In this document: piece by piece, positions 1-8,759 of the stretch
How the letters are laid out: each line of letters begins with the position of its first letter
How positions within the stretch are numbered: position 1 is the first letter of the stretch
Virus genome (UHGV): UHGV-0245202
Strand: one strand, 5' to 3'
DNA length: 25,199 nucleotides
DNA from: a virus
The notes under the pieces: generated by a model
The model's database searches: none
Seen by the model: the letters and a program-made list of their open reading frames with translations, nothing else
What the model was told of the DNA's origin: nothing
Made by a program: the position numbers and the translations under genes

Positions 1-198
1 AATATCAAAATGAAATTAATCAACTATCTGCGCCAGGTGTTAATTTTGATGATATTTAAAATTATTTTTCCAGTTTTTTGATTTTTCAACGCCTGAATAT
101 CGGAAATAGTCAGTGACGAACATCAGTATTTTTACATCATTACGTCCGGGTCATTGTCGGTTTATCTCCTTTTACTTGTGGTAATTGAGGGATAACAA

Positions 199-236
199 CA
201 AAAAAGGTGAGTTTTGCGACTCACCTTTTTTATTTG
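199..236. terminator. Bidirectional rho-independent terminator downstream of mlaA
   Basis: Perfect 8-bp stem AGGTGAGT (205-212) / ACTCACCT (219-226) with 6-nt loop, flanked by an A-run (199-204) on one side and a T-run (227-232) on the other; lies immediately 3' of the mlaA stop at 241. Confidence 0.55.
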
Positions 237-240
237 TTTC

Positions 241-996
241 TTATTCAGAATCAATATCTTTTAAATCATCCTGAATCGCTTGTGCGTTCGGATTTTCCTG
301 CTGTTTGAGTTCGCCGCCATTAGCGATGAAATCATGACGCTGGAAGTACGCTTCGCGCACCATAATATAAGGATCGGACGACTGACGCAGCAGACCATCG
401 GAATCCAGCAGCTGAGCGCGGGTTTCGATCCCTTCAAGCGTCCATTTACCCACAGACATCGGCCAGGTCAGCCAGGAAAGAACCGGGTAAAGACCATCCG
501 CCATATCACCACCATCATCACGCAGCGTGAAGCTACCGTAGAACGGTAACTGAACGTAAGGCCCATAACCCACGCCATAATGACCAAGCGTACTACCGAA
601 GCGGTGAGGTTCAGTCCGTTGCAGTTTCGGGTTCGCCATCCCTGCAACATCAATAAAGCCGCCCATCCCCAAAATGGTGTTCAGGAAAAAGCGGGTAAAG
701 TGGACCATCCCCTGATAAGGGTCGCCCTGCAAGAAGTAGTTAACCATCACCGCAGGTTCTTCAAGGTTGCCAGTAAAGTTGCTCAAACCATTACGCGCCG
801 GTTGCGGAACATAATCACGCCAGGCGACAGCGACCGGTCGAACAATATACGGGTCTAATACGTTGAAGTTGAAGTTGTACATGGTGCGGTTGAACCCTTC
901 TAACGGGTCAGAACGCCCTTGCTGATCTGTACCGGAACTCGCACACCCCACCAGAAGCGTAGTTCCCAGAGCAAGCGCCGACAGGCGAAGCTTCAT
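241..996 (-). CDS. mlaA: Outer-membrane lipoprotein MlaA (VacJ), phospholipid transport
   Basis: 251-aa ORF; N-terminal lipoprotein signal MKLRLSALALGTTLLVGC with lipobox LVGC; sequence recognised as MlaA/VacJ; ATG at 994-996 checked on the reverse strand; chromosomal GC-rich codon usage. Confidence 0.9.
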   Translation of the reverse strand: MKLRLSALALGTTLLVGCASSGTDQQGRSDPLEGFNRTMYNFNFNVLDPYIVRPVAVAWRDYVPQPARNGLSNFTGNLEEPAVMVNYFLQGDPYQGMVHFTRFFLNTILGMGGFIDVAGMANPKLQRTEPHRFGSTLGHYGVGYGPYVQLPFYGSFTLRDDGGDMADGLYPVLSWLTWPMSVGKWTLEGIETRAQLLDSDGLLRQSSDPYIMVREAYFQRHDFIANGGELKQQENPNAQAIQDDLKDIDSE

Positions 997-1289
997 AAAT
1001 GTCTCCCTGTTTTTTTATGGCTTATGCAGTTTGCCATCCATGACGGAACGATACCGTATCCGCCTGTTTAGGTGTGGGCGATTGTAACAGCACGTCAACT
1101 GATGTCCAGACGCCCTGATTTGCTGATTTGATCATAGCCTGGTAATCGCCGCCCTGTAGGCTACTTGATTCTATAGAAACAGAAAAAGGCAAACGCAGCC
1201 TTTTCTACATTTTCAGAGTAACTCCCGCCAGTTGCGAGCAAAAAAGCCGCTACGCTTTAGCTATACGTGCTAATTCAAGAGAAGAGACC

Positions 1290-2222
1290 ATGGACAACGA
1301 CAAAATTGATCAACACAGCGACGAAATTGAAGTTGAGAGCGAAGAAAAAGAGCGCGGCAAAAAAATAGAAATAGATGAAGACCGACTCCCCTCCCGGGCG
1401 ATGGCAATTCATGAGCATATCCGCCAGGATGGTGAAAAAGAGCTGGAACGCGACGCAATGGCGCTACTGTGGTCAGCCATTGCGGCGGGTCTGTCGATGG
1501 GCGCTTCGCTACTGGCAAAAGGGATATTTCATGTCGAACTGGAAGGAGTGCCAGGCAGCTTCTTACTGGAGAATCTCGGTTATACCTTTGGTTTTATTAT
1601 CGTCATTATGGCCCGCCAGCAATTATTTACCGAAAACACCGTGACTGCGGTACTACCCGTCATGCAAAAACCGACAATGAGCAACGTCGGCTTACTTATG
1701 CGATTATGGGGCGTCGTGCTGCTGGGTAATATTCTCGGGACAGGTATTGCTGCATGGGCATTTGAATATATGCCTATCTTCAATGAAGAAACTCGCGATG
1801 CATTTGTCAAAATCGGCATGGATGTGATGAAGAACACCCCCAGCGAGATGTTTGCCAACGCGATCATTTCCGGCTGGCTGATCGCCACTATGGTTTGGAT
1901 GTTTCCTGCTGCGGGTGCGGCAAAGATTGTGGTGATTATATTGATGACCTGGCTTATTGCACTGGGTGACACCACCCACATCGTTGTCGGTTCTGTTGAA
2001 ATCCTCTATCTGGTGTTTAACGGCACGCTGCACTGGAGCGATTTCATCTGGCCCTTCGCACTACCTACTTTAGCGGGGAACATCTGCGGCGGCACCTTTA
2101 TCTTCGCGTTAATGAGTCATGCACAGATTCGTAACGACATGAGCAACAAGCGTAAAGCAGAAGCACGCCAAAAAGCAGAACGTGCGGAAAACATTAAGAA
2201 AAATGATAAAAACCCAGCATAA
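1290..2222 (+). CDS. yfdC: Inner-membrane protein YfdC, formate/nitrite transporter (FNT) family
   Basis: 310-aa ORF with multiple hydrophobic segments and a charged N-terminal tail; recognised as E. coli YfdC, the gene that lies between mlaA and argW; ATG at 1290 preceded by GAAGAGA. Confidence 0.85.
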   Translation: MDNDKIDQHSDEIEVESEEKERGKKIEIDEDRLPSRAMAIHEHIRQDGEKELERDAMALLWSAIAAGLSMGASLLAKGIFHVELEGVPGSFLLENLGYTFGFIIVIMARQQLFTENTVTAVLPVMQKPTMSNVGLLMRLWGVVLLGNILGTGIAAWAFEYMPIFNEETRDAFVKIGMDVMKNTPSEMFANAIISGWLIATMVWMFPAAGAAKIVVIILMTWLIALGDTTHIVVGSVEILYLVFNGTLHWSDFIWPFALPTLAGNICGGTFIFALMSHAQIRNDMSNKRKAEARQKAERAENIKKNDKNPA

Positions 2223-2257
2223 ATGGCGAGGGTTTAAGCAATCGAGCGGCAGCGTAC

Positions 2258-2286
2258 TTACCCCGCAGTCCATTAGCGGGTATACT
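2258..2286 (+). promoter_or_regulatory. Candidate sigma70 promoter for argW
   Basis: TATACT -10-like hexamer at 2281-2286, 11 nt upstream of the mature tRNA 5' end; weak -35 (TTACCC, 2258-2263) at 17-bp spacing. Pattern-based only. Confidence 0.3.
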
Positions 2287-2297
2287 CATGCCGCATT

Positions 2298-2372
2298 GTC
2301 CTCTTAGTTAAATGGATATAACGAGCCCCTCCTAAGGGCTAATTGCAGGTTCGATTCCTGCAGGGGACACCA
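2298..2372 (+). tRNA. argW: tRNA-Arg, anticodon CCU
   Basis: 75-nt sequence GTCCTCTTAGTTAAATGGATATAACGAGCCCCTCCTAAGGGCTAATTGCAGGTTCGATTCCTGCAGGGGACACCA; 7-bp acceptor stem with one G-U pair, T-loop GGTTCGATTCC, anticodon loop CTCCTAA with CCT at 2331-2333, encoded 3' CCA. Immediately followed by an integrase gene, the classic prophage attachment arrangement. Confidence 0.93.
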
Positions 2373-2467
2373 TTTATCAGTTCGCTCCCATCCGTACCAG
2401 TCCGCAAAATCCCCTGAATATCAAGCCTTCCGTAGATTCACAGTTCGTAATGGTTCGCGTCAGATCG

Positions 2468-2497
2468 TTGACAGCCGCACTCCATGACGGGTAAAAA
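2468..2497 (+). promoter_or_regulatory. Candidate integrase promoter
   Basis: Consensus -35 TTGACA at 2468-2473 and TAAAAA at 2492-2497 (18-bp spacer), about 37 bp upstream of the int ATG at 2534. Pattern-based only. Confidence 0.3.
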
Positions 2498-2533
2498 GTG
2501 GATAAAATAATTTTACCCACCGGATTTTTACCC

Positions 2534-3691
2534 ATGCTCACCGTTAAGCAGATTGAAGCAGCAAAGCCGAAAGAAAAACCATACCGCCTACTCGATGGTA
2601 ATGGCCTGTACCTTTATGTCCCTGTGTCAGGGAAAAAGGTATGGCAGCTTCGCTACAAGATTGACGGTAAGGAGAAAATCCTGACCGTAGGAAAATATCC
2701 GCTAATGACTTTGCAGGAGGCAAGAGATAAAGCATGGACCGCGAGGAAAGACATCTCGGTTGGCATCGATCCGGTAAAAGCGAAAAAGGCTTCGTCTAAC
2801 AACAATTCCTTTAGTGCGATTTACAAGGAATGGTACGAGCACAAGAAGCAAGTCTGGTCAGTAGGCTATGCAACTGAACTTGCAAAAATGTTTGATGACG
2901 ACATTTTACCTATCATCGGCGGCCTTGAAATTCAGGATATTGAGCCGATGCAACTGCTGGAAGTAATCCGCAGATTTGAAGATCGCGGTGCAATGGAGCG
3001 AGCCAACAAAGCCCGCAGAAGATGCGGCGAGGTTTTCCGTTACGCTATTGTCACTGGTAGGGCTAAATATAACCCGGCACCTGACCTTGCTGACGCCATG
3101 AAGGGATACCGCAAGAAAAACTTCCCGTTTCTTCCTGCAGACCAGATCCCGGCATTTAACAAAGCACTGGCAACATTTTCAGGAAGCATCGTATCGCTCA
3201 TTGCGACCAAAGTTTTACGCTACACAGCCCTCAGAACAAAAGAGCTTCGTTCCATGCTATGGAAGAACGTCGATTTTGAAAACAGGATTATCACCATCGA
3301 CGCCAGTGTGATGAAGGGACGCAAAATTCATGTGGTTCCTATGTCAGACCAGGTAGTTGAACTTCTCGCTACGCTAAGCTCAATCACTAAACCAGTGTCA
3401 GAGTTTGTTTTTGCCGGGCGCAACGATAAGAAGAAGCCAATCTGCGAGAACGCGGTATTACTTGTGATCAAACAAATCGGCTATGAGGGTCTGGAAAGCG
3501 GTCACGGATTCAGGCATGAATTCAGCACGATTATGAACGAGAACGAATGGCCTGCTGATGCTATTGAAGTGCAACTGGCACATGCCAACGGCGGATCTGT
3601 GCGCGGGATTTACAACCACGCTCAGTATCTCGATAAGCGCAGAGAAATGATGCAGTGGTGGGCAGACTGGCTTGATGAAAAGGTGGAGTGA
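2534..3691 (+). CDS. intS: Tyrosine site-specific integrase, IntS (CPS-53/KpLE1) type
   Basis: 385-aa product from the first ATG (2534); the ORF track start at 2498 is a GTG-initiated extension. Sequence recognised as E. coli IntS (MLTVKQIEAAKPKEKPYRLLDGNGLYLYVP...), with C-terminal catalytic region HGFRHEF and a conserved Tyr near the C-terminus; adjacent to and co-oriented with argW. Confidence 0.9.
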   Translation: MLTVKQIEAAKPKEKPYRLLDGNGLYLYVPVSGKKVWQLRYKIDGKEKILTVGKYPLMTLQEARDKAWTARKDISVGIDPVKAKKASSNNNSFSAIYKEWYEHKKQVWSVGYATELAKMFDDDILPIIGGLEIQDIEPMQLLEVIRRFEDRGAMERANKARRRCGEVFRYAIVTGRAKYNPAPDLADAMKGYRKKNFPFLPADQIPAFNKALATFSGSIVSLIATKVLRYTALRTKELRSMLWKNVDFENRIITIDASVMKGRKIHVVPMSDQVVELLATLSSITKPVSEFVFAGRNDKKKPICENAVLLVIKQIGYEGLESGHGFRHEFSTIMNENEWPADAIEVQLAHANGGSVRGIYNHAQYLDKRREMMQWWADWLDEKVE

Positions 3692-3844
3692 TCCACCTTA
3701 GCCACTATCGAAGAGCACAAAACCTTGCAATCCAGTACAAAGCTTTGTTTGTCTCAGTTTTGTCTCATCAACCACAGCAAGTCATCGATCGATTGAGACT
3801 TGGATGATAGACTTCATGCCTTTGATTATTAGCTGATAGAAGAA

Positions 3845-4207
3845 ATGTTAAAGCTATTTGCAAAGTACACCTCGATTGGTGTGCTGAACACACTTATACA
3901 CTGGGTAGTTTTTGGTGTATGTATCTATGTCGCGCATACAAACCAAGCTCTTGCAAACTTCGCAGGTTTTGTTGTGGCTGTGAGTTTTAGCTTCTTCGCG
4001 AATGCAAAATTCACATTCAAAGCATCAACTACAACGATGCGCTACATGTTATATGTCGGGTTCATGGGAACACTGAGTGCTACTGTTGGATGGGCTGCTG
4101 ATAGATGTTCACTTCCTCCAATTGTCACTCTTGTTACATTCTCCGCCATCAGCCTGGTGTGCGGTTTCGTCTATTCAAAGTTCATTGTCTTTAGGGATGC
4201 GAAATGA
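3845..4207 (+). CDS. gtrA: GtrA, bactoprenol-linked glucose flippase
   Basis: 120-aa small four-TM protein; recognised as GtrA/YfdG; 4-nt ATGA overlap with the next gene (gtrB ATG 4204, gtrA stop 4205-4207). Confidence 0.9.
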   Translation: MLKLFAKYTSIGVLNTLIHWVVFGVCIYVAHTNQALANFAGFVVAVSFSFFANAKFTFKASTTTMRYMLYVGFMGTLSATVGWAADRCSLPPIVTLVTFSAISLVCGFVYSKFIVFRDAK

Positions 4208-5115
4208 AGATATCTCTTGTAGTTCCTGTCTTCAATGAAGAAGAAGCGATACCAATTTTTTATAAAACGGTACGTGAATTCGAAGAGTTGAAGCCATATG
4301 AAGTTGAAATTGTTTTTATAAATGATGGTAGCAAAGACGCTACGGAGTCAATAATTAACGCTTTGGCTGTTTCTGATCCGCTAGTTGTTCCGCTGTCATT
4401 TACACGCAACTTTGGTAAAGAACCAGCATTGTTTGCAGGGTTAGACCATGCAACCGGGGATGCGGTAATCCCAATTGATGTTGACCTGCAAGACCCGATT
4501 GAAGTGATTCCTCATCTTATTGAAAAGTGGCAGGCAGGTGCTGATATGGTGCTTGCTAAACGTTCGGATCGTTCAACCGATGGGAAATTAAAACGAAAAA
4601 CAGCTGAGTGGTTCTACAAACTTCACAATAAAATAAGTAATCCAAAGATCGAGGACAATGTTGGCGACTTTAGACTAATGTCCAGAAATGTTGTTGAGAA
4701 TATTAAACTTCTACCAGAACGAAATCTATTCATGAAAGGAGTTCTAAGCTGGGTTGGTGGAGAAATAAGTATTGTTGAGTATGCCAGAGCGGAACGCATT
4801 GCGGGGACGACTAAATTTAATGGCTGGAAATTATGGAACTTAGCTCTTGAGGGTATAACTGGTTTTTCAACATTTCCTCTACGAATGTGGACATATATAG
4901 GATTATTTGTTGCAACAATATCATTCATGTACGGAGCATGGATGATATTGGATAAAATTTTATTTGGAAACAACGTACCAGGTTATCCATCACTTCTTGT
5001 TTCTATTCTTTTTCTTGGTGGGATTCAATTGATTGGCATTGGAGTCCTAGGTGAATATATAGGAAGAATCTATATTGAAACCAAAAAAAGACCTAGATAC
5101 CTTATAAAAAAATAG
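4204..5115 (+). CDS. gtrB: GtrB, bactoprenol glucosyltransferase (GT2 family)
   Basis: 303-aa product with an N-terminal GT2 domain ([17 protein letters not shown]-x-D region) and two C-terminal TM helices; recognised as GtrB/YfdH. Confidence 0.9.
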   Translation: MKISLVVPVFNEEEAIPIFYKTVREFEELKPYEVEIVFINDGSKDATESIINALAVSDPLVVPLSFTRNFGKEPALFAGLDHATGDAVIPIDVDLQDPIEVIPHLIEKWQAGADMVLAKRSDRSTDGKLKRKTAEWFYKLHNKISNPKIEDNVGDFRLMSRNVVENIKLLPERNLFMKGVLSWVGGEISIVEYARAERIAGTTKFNGWKLWNLALEGITGFSTFPLRMWTYIGLFVATISFMYGAWMILDKILFGNNVPGYPSLLVSILFLGGIQLIGIGVLGEYIGRIYIETKKRPRYLIKK

Positions 5116-5122
5116 GATGCAT

Positions 5123-6577
5123 ATGAACTTTTTAATTAGAGAAAGCGAAAAGAAAGCATTTGCTTTATTATTTGCAACCGCATTGCTTTTTATATATCCA
5201 TTAATGCATTATGGTATATATTTTCGAGACGATCTACACAGATCTGTAACTGGATACTATGGATGGAGCGGCCTTGGTAGACCACTCGCAGATATAGTTA
5301 TAAAAGTAGCATCAGCAAGCGGAGATAGACTATTAGATATTTTCCCGTATAACTTAATACTATCTTGCGCCATGCTATCACTAGCATGTATACATATAGC
5401 TAGATTATTACAACATCTAAACATAAAAAAGCCAACGTTTTGTGCCTCATTGTTTATCTTTAATCCATTTTTTCTACAAAATCTAGCTTATAGATTTGAC
5501 TCCACAGGAATGTCTTTAGCACTTCTTCTTTGTGCGCTTTCATACACCTACCAAAATAACAATATTTATATATCATTGGTAATTAAAATTTTACTTGGTG
5601 TCGCAACACTTTCACTGTATCAACCATGTGCAAATCTATTCATTGGGTTGCTATCAATCGAGCTCTCTGCATTATTCATTACTAACAACACAAACAACAA
5701 AAAATTATTTTTAACATTAATCAAAAAAGCTGGAGTATTTTTATCATTCTACTCTATTTACTTTCTAATCGTAGCAAGAATATGGGGTTCAGAAAACAAT
5801 AGATCTGAAATCGTCAAGTTAAATACAGATGGATTAAATCATATTTATAATACATTCCAAAGACTCAATACCTTGCTTGAGTCATTTTTTAATGGTCCAG
5901 TTATTTTTTATTTTATACCACCGGTTATTTTATTATTTATTTTTATTATCCTTACCGTTTACAAAAATAGAAACAACTCGTTGGCAACCAAGATGCTTTT
6001 ATTATTGCTATCATTGAGCTCGGCATATATATCTCTTCTTGGGCCGACATTTATTCTTGTTGATGCGCCCGTATTTCCAAGAACGCTGGTAAGCTTCTCA
6101 ATCCTCTTTGTTTTATTTTCCATGTATATAATTTCACTTTGTGATAAGCTAAAATGCATTGCATTAATACCTGTAGTAACAGTAATAGCATTTAGCTCTC
6201 AATTTGCCAACGCACTGAACACCCAAAGAGAACATGAGAACTTTGTTTTAAATATGGTTGCATATGATTTAATGAATATAAATGGAATACAAAAAATTAA
6301 GACAGTGGGCAAGATAAGATTCAGTAAAAGAGCTGAATTACTCACAAATGATAAGCCTCTAATAAGCCAATCTATAAGCAGGGCTACTGAATTTCTTGCA
6401 ACTTATCAAATGGTTAACAAGGGCTTGAAAGGTGTAAGCGATGGTTATGGCATAGAAAAATCCAATAAGGAAGAGTTGGACTCATTCAAAAGCAATGGTG
6501 TTAAACCATATGTTGATAACAATGAATACTCAATATATGAAAATAATGGCGTTGCAATTGTAGTTTTTAAGGGATAA
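5123..6577 (+). CDS. Serotype-specific O-antigen glucosyltransferase (GtrC-type, third gene of the gtr operon)
   Basis: About 484 aa from the ATG at 5123 (AGGA 5 nt upstream; the alternative in-frame ATG at 5117 overlaps that RBS). Very hydrophobic polytopic N-terminal two-thirds with a soluble C-terminal domain; strongly AT-rich, unlike the flanking DNA; positioned directly after gtrA and gtrB. Specificity cannot be inferred from sequence. Confidence 0.75.
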   Translation: MNFLIRESEKKAFALLFATALLFIYPLMHYGIYFRDDLHRSVTGYYGWSGLGRPLADIVIKVASASGDRLLDIFPYNLILSCAMLSLACIHIARLLQHLNIKKPTFCASLFIFNPFFLQNLAYRFDSTGMSLALLLCALSYTYQNNNIYISLVIKILLGVATLSLYQPCANLFIGLLSIELSALFITNNTNNKKLFLTLIKKAGVFLSFYSIYFLIVARIWGSENNRSEIVKLNTDGLNHIYNTFQRLNTLLESFFNGPVIFYFIPPVILLFIFIILTVYKNRNNSLATKMLLLLLSLSSAYISLLGPTFILVDAPVFPRTLVSFSILFVLFSMYIISLCDKLKCIALIPVVTVIAFSSQFANALNTQREHENFVLNMVAYDLMNINGIQKIKTVGKIRFSKRAELLTNDKPLISQSISRATEFLATYQMVNKGLKGVSDGYGIEKSNKEELDSFKSNGVKPYVDNNEYSIYENNGVAIVVFKG

Positions 6578-6605
6578 TACGCAACTAAAATAGTTCTGCA
6601 TTGCT

Positions 6606-6643
6606 CATTAAGACCAATCAATCACATCAGATTGGTCTTAATG
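6606..6643. terminator. Perfect 14-bp inverted repeat (hairpin) between the convergent gtr type gene and tailspike
   Basis: CATTAAGACCAATC (6606-6619) and GATTGGTCTTAATG (6630-6643) are exact reverse complements with a 10-nt loop, in the 87-bp gap between two convergent stop codons. No clean U-run follows on either strand, so it may be a terminator or RNA-stability/processing hairpin or a protein-binding site. Confidence 0.45.
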
Positions 6644-6664
6644 AAATTACGCCGCGACCAGTTA

Positions 6665-8638
6665 TCACCTCCATTTAAACCGAGGTGAATATTCACCGTT
6701 ATTGAATCTTCCTATACTTACCTGTATTGTCGCCGGAGAATCAGAAAGAACCTCGGTGCTATGCAATGATAGTATAAGTGATGATGATTCTATATCTCTA
6801 TCTATTTCGATCACATAACCATAATCTCGTTCTGGCTCTGTAAAATAAGCTATTGGGTTTCCGTTTGCTGCAATGGTAAATCTTCCACCAACAAATTTAC
6901 CCTTGAACATAACATGTATTTTTATCCGACTAACTCCCTTCGGTAAAACACAACCAGCATTTAATGATGCTGTAGAGTTTATATTGAAATCTTTCCTTAT
7001 CACTGTGTATGGAATTGCATATAAAGCTTCAGCAAAGCTTGATTGAGACTGATACTCTGTCGCAGCAATAGAGCTCCCCCCCATAATTCTAAATCCTCCA
7101 ACACCGGAGAACACACTATTAAAAGCATCCACAGCTTTCGTAAAGTTACCAATACAAACGGGTGTTTCTGCATCATTAATGAATTGTTCCCTTGAATACA
7201 ATGTCACACTGTTTATATATGTACTTTTATAACCACCAATATCATCAGGGCTTAAAAATCCATACCCATTGGAACCATCAGATACGCCATTAAATTCTGT
7301 ATAATAGCTACAAAATTCGTTAGATGATCTTGGAGATGTCTCAATCCATCCAAATCCAAAATTTCTCTCTGACTGAATATTGCTATAAGTACACCCACTA
7401 CTCCGCGTTATAAGGCCTGCGCCACTATAGCGCGTCGCTGAGTCTGGTGATGGGTCAAAATCACCATTGCGACCATTTGTGTGTGTACGTATACGTAAAA
7501 AACTAACAGAATTTACAGCCAAATCATCAGTTTCTCCTTGAGTAGGATAACCAATAACAACTCCGCGCCCATAGTTATCATGTGCAACTATTGTTCCAAA
7601 TGAACAGAACCAAGACTGATAAACTGATATGCCGACGACACGAGCATTTATGGCTGTAATATTGTCGCAATGTGACTCATTTGTAAAATATCTAAAATAA
7701 AATCCATTTGTCGCCTTATTATCACAATCAGAAATTATATTTGTAATTCTTACTGAGCTTACATCTTCAGTTGGTGTAACTCCAATTGGAGAGCGAGAGC
7801 ATCTAATAACAGCCTTTTTAATTGCAACATCCCCAATCCATTTAATGGTTGTAGCAAATCTATTACCTGCTCGCAGAGAATTTCCATATCCTCTCATATC
7901 CAAGCCATTTGGAGGCACAAACTCATCTGTAATTCCAATAACACCAGCTGGAAGGATTAAAGGTAGTTTATTATCAGATGCGAATTTAGCAGCACTGGTT
8001 AACTCATTAATTGAATCTTTTTCTCCATTTAAATTAACCCCCCACCATTTTAATAGAACTTCTCCATTGATATTTCGTTTCCACCGCCTCCCAATTGCGT
8101 CAATAAGTATTGTTCCTCCATTATCTTGAGATGTAGAATCATACTTATCAATTTCAAATATTCCATTTCCACCATCAAATATATTTCGCACACCATATAC
8201 ATAGCATCTATGCATATTCCCGCTATAATTTCTAATATCTTCGTAATTTGCTCCACCTATATATCCCAAACCGAAGCTTTGAGATAATTGAACTTTAAAT
8301 TGATCAGGTTCATACTTCAGCACATTCGGAAAATAAAACTGCTGAGCACCGTATGCATCATAAACAGCCATAGAATGGCCTTGCACAGTTACGAACTTGG
8401 CAATCTGTCCGTTATATACCGGGTAACCAGCAGCGTTAATGATGATTGGTTGCGAAACAGGAACGTGAGAGCCGTCTTCGTTCTCCACATAAACCTGAAT
8501 CTGGTTTTCAGGATTTACAGGGTCAGTGTCAATTTTACCGATATAAATTTTGCCATTGGCTACAGCTTTAAAAGAACGAGCCATAGTGAAGAGTTGAGAA
8601 GGCATGCTTACCACAACATTTGCGGTGATATCTGACAT
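6665..8638 (-). CDS. Tailspike protein (gp9 position); P22-type N-terminal head-binding domain with a divergent receptor-binding domain
   Basis: 657 aa from the ATG at 8636-8638 (GGAG 9 nt upstream); the ORF track start at 8686 adds 16 codons with no RBS. The first ~110 aa ([11 protein letters not shown]...[21 protein letters not shown]...[13 protein letters not shown]...[10 protein letters not shown]) match the P22 gp9 head-binding domain from memory; the remainder does not resemble the P22 endorhamnosidase domain and is AT-rich. Confidence 0.85.
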   Translation of the reverse strand: MSDITANVVVSMPSQLFTMARSFKAVANGKIYIGKIDTDPVNPENQIQVYVENEDGSHVPVSQPIIINAAGYPVYNGQIAKFVTVQGHSMAVYDAYGAQQFYFPNVLKYEPDQFKVQLSQSFGLGYIGGANYEDIRNYSGNMHRCYVYGVRNIFDGGNGIFEIDKYDSTSQDNGGTILIDAIGRRWKRNINGEVLLKWWGVNLNGEKDSINELTSAAKFASDNKLPLILPAGVIGITDEFVPPNGLDMRGYGNSLRAGNRFATTIKWIGDVAIKKAVIRCSRSPIGVTPTEDVSSVRITNIISDCDNKATNGFYFRYFTNESHCDNITAINARVVGISVYQSWFCSFGTIVAHDNYGRGVVIGYPTQGETDDLAVNSVSFLRIRTHTNGRNGDFDPSPDSATRYSGAGLITRSSGCTYSNIQSERNFGFGWIETSPRSSNEFCSYYTEFNGVSDGSNGYGFLSPDDIGGYKSTYINSVTLYSREQFINDAETPVCIGNFTKAVDAFNSVFSGVGGFRIMGGSSIAATEYQSQSSFAEALYAIPYTVIRKDFNINSTASLNAGCVLPKGVSRIKIHVMFKGKFVGGRFTIAANGNPIAYFTEPERDYGYVIEIDRDIESSSLILSLHSTEVLSDSPATIQVSIGRFNNGEYSPRFKWR

Positions 8639-8663
8639 TTCATTGCTCCAGACGAATGATATG

Positions 8664-8686
8664 ATGCAATCACGATGTGATTGCAT
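8664..8686. promoter_or_regulatory. Perfect 23-bp palindrome, candidate operator (Mnt-type) between mnt and the tailspike
   Basis: ATGCAATCAC-GAT-GTGATTGCAT: 10-bp arms that are exact reverse complements around a 3-bp centre, in the 121-bp divergent gap between the tailspike ATG (8638) and the mnt ATG (8760). Confidence 0.4.
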
Positions 8687-8759
8687 ACCGAAATGGTACT
8701 ATTGAGTATTTATCCAGTAGGTTACGATGCCATTCCACCCAACTGGTGAGGCATCACGG

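Noticed and set aside
10-81. 23-codon hydrophobic ORF (MKLINYLRQVLILMIFKIIFPVF) at the extreme left edge
   Set aside because: No convincing RBS, AT-rich intergenic context where such ORFs arise by chance, and the window edge prevents evaluation of context.
1184-1205. Short hairpin AAGGC-(AAACGCA)-GCCTT flanked by A/T runs in the mlaA-yfdC divergent promoter region
   Set aside because: Only a 5-bp stem, in a region that must contain two divergent promoters; more likely incidental or a regulator site than a terminator. Not enough evidence to call.
2498-2533. N-terminal extensions in the ORF track from upstream alternative start codons (int 2498, tailspike 8686, mnt 8727, gp26 14798, gp4 16689, small ORF 16876, Rz 24798, orf125 23681, DUF551 23912)
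   Set aside because: In each case the extension is absent from the homologous P22, lambda or E. coli protein and lacks an RBS. Those I checked (int 2498, small ORF 16876, DUF551 23912) start on GTG rather than ATG, and orf125 would translate through a terminator hairpin. Internal ATGs with SD sequences and translational-coupling overlaps were preferred.
5083-5110. A7 homopolymer tracts at the 3' end of gtrB / start of the type gene as potential slipped-strand phase-variation switches
   Set aside because: Tracts are short (7 nt), located at the very C-terminus of gtrB where a frameshift would change only a few residues; typical of AT-rich DNA rather than a dedicated contingency locus.
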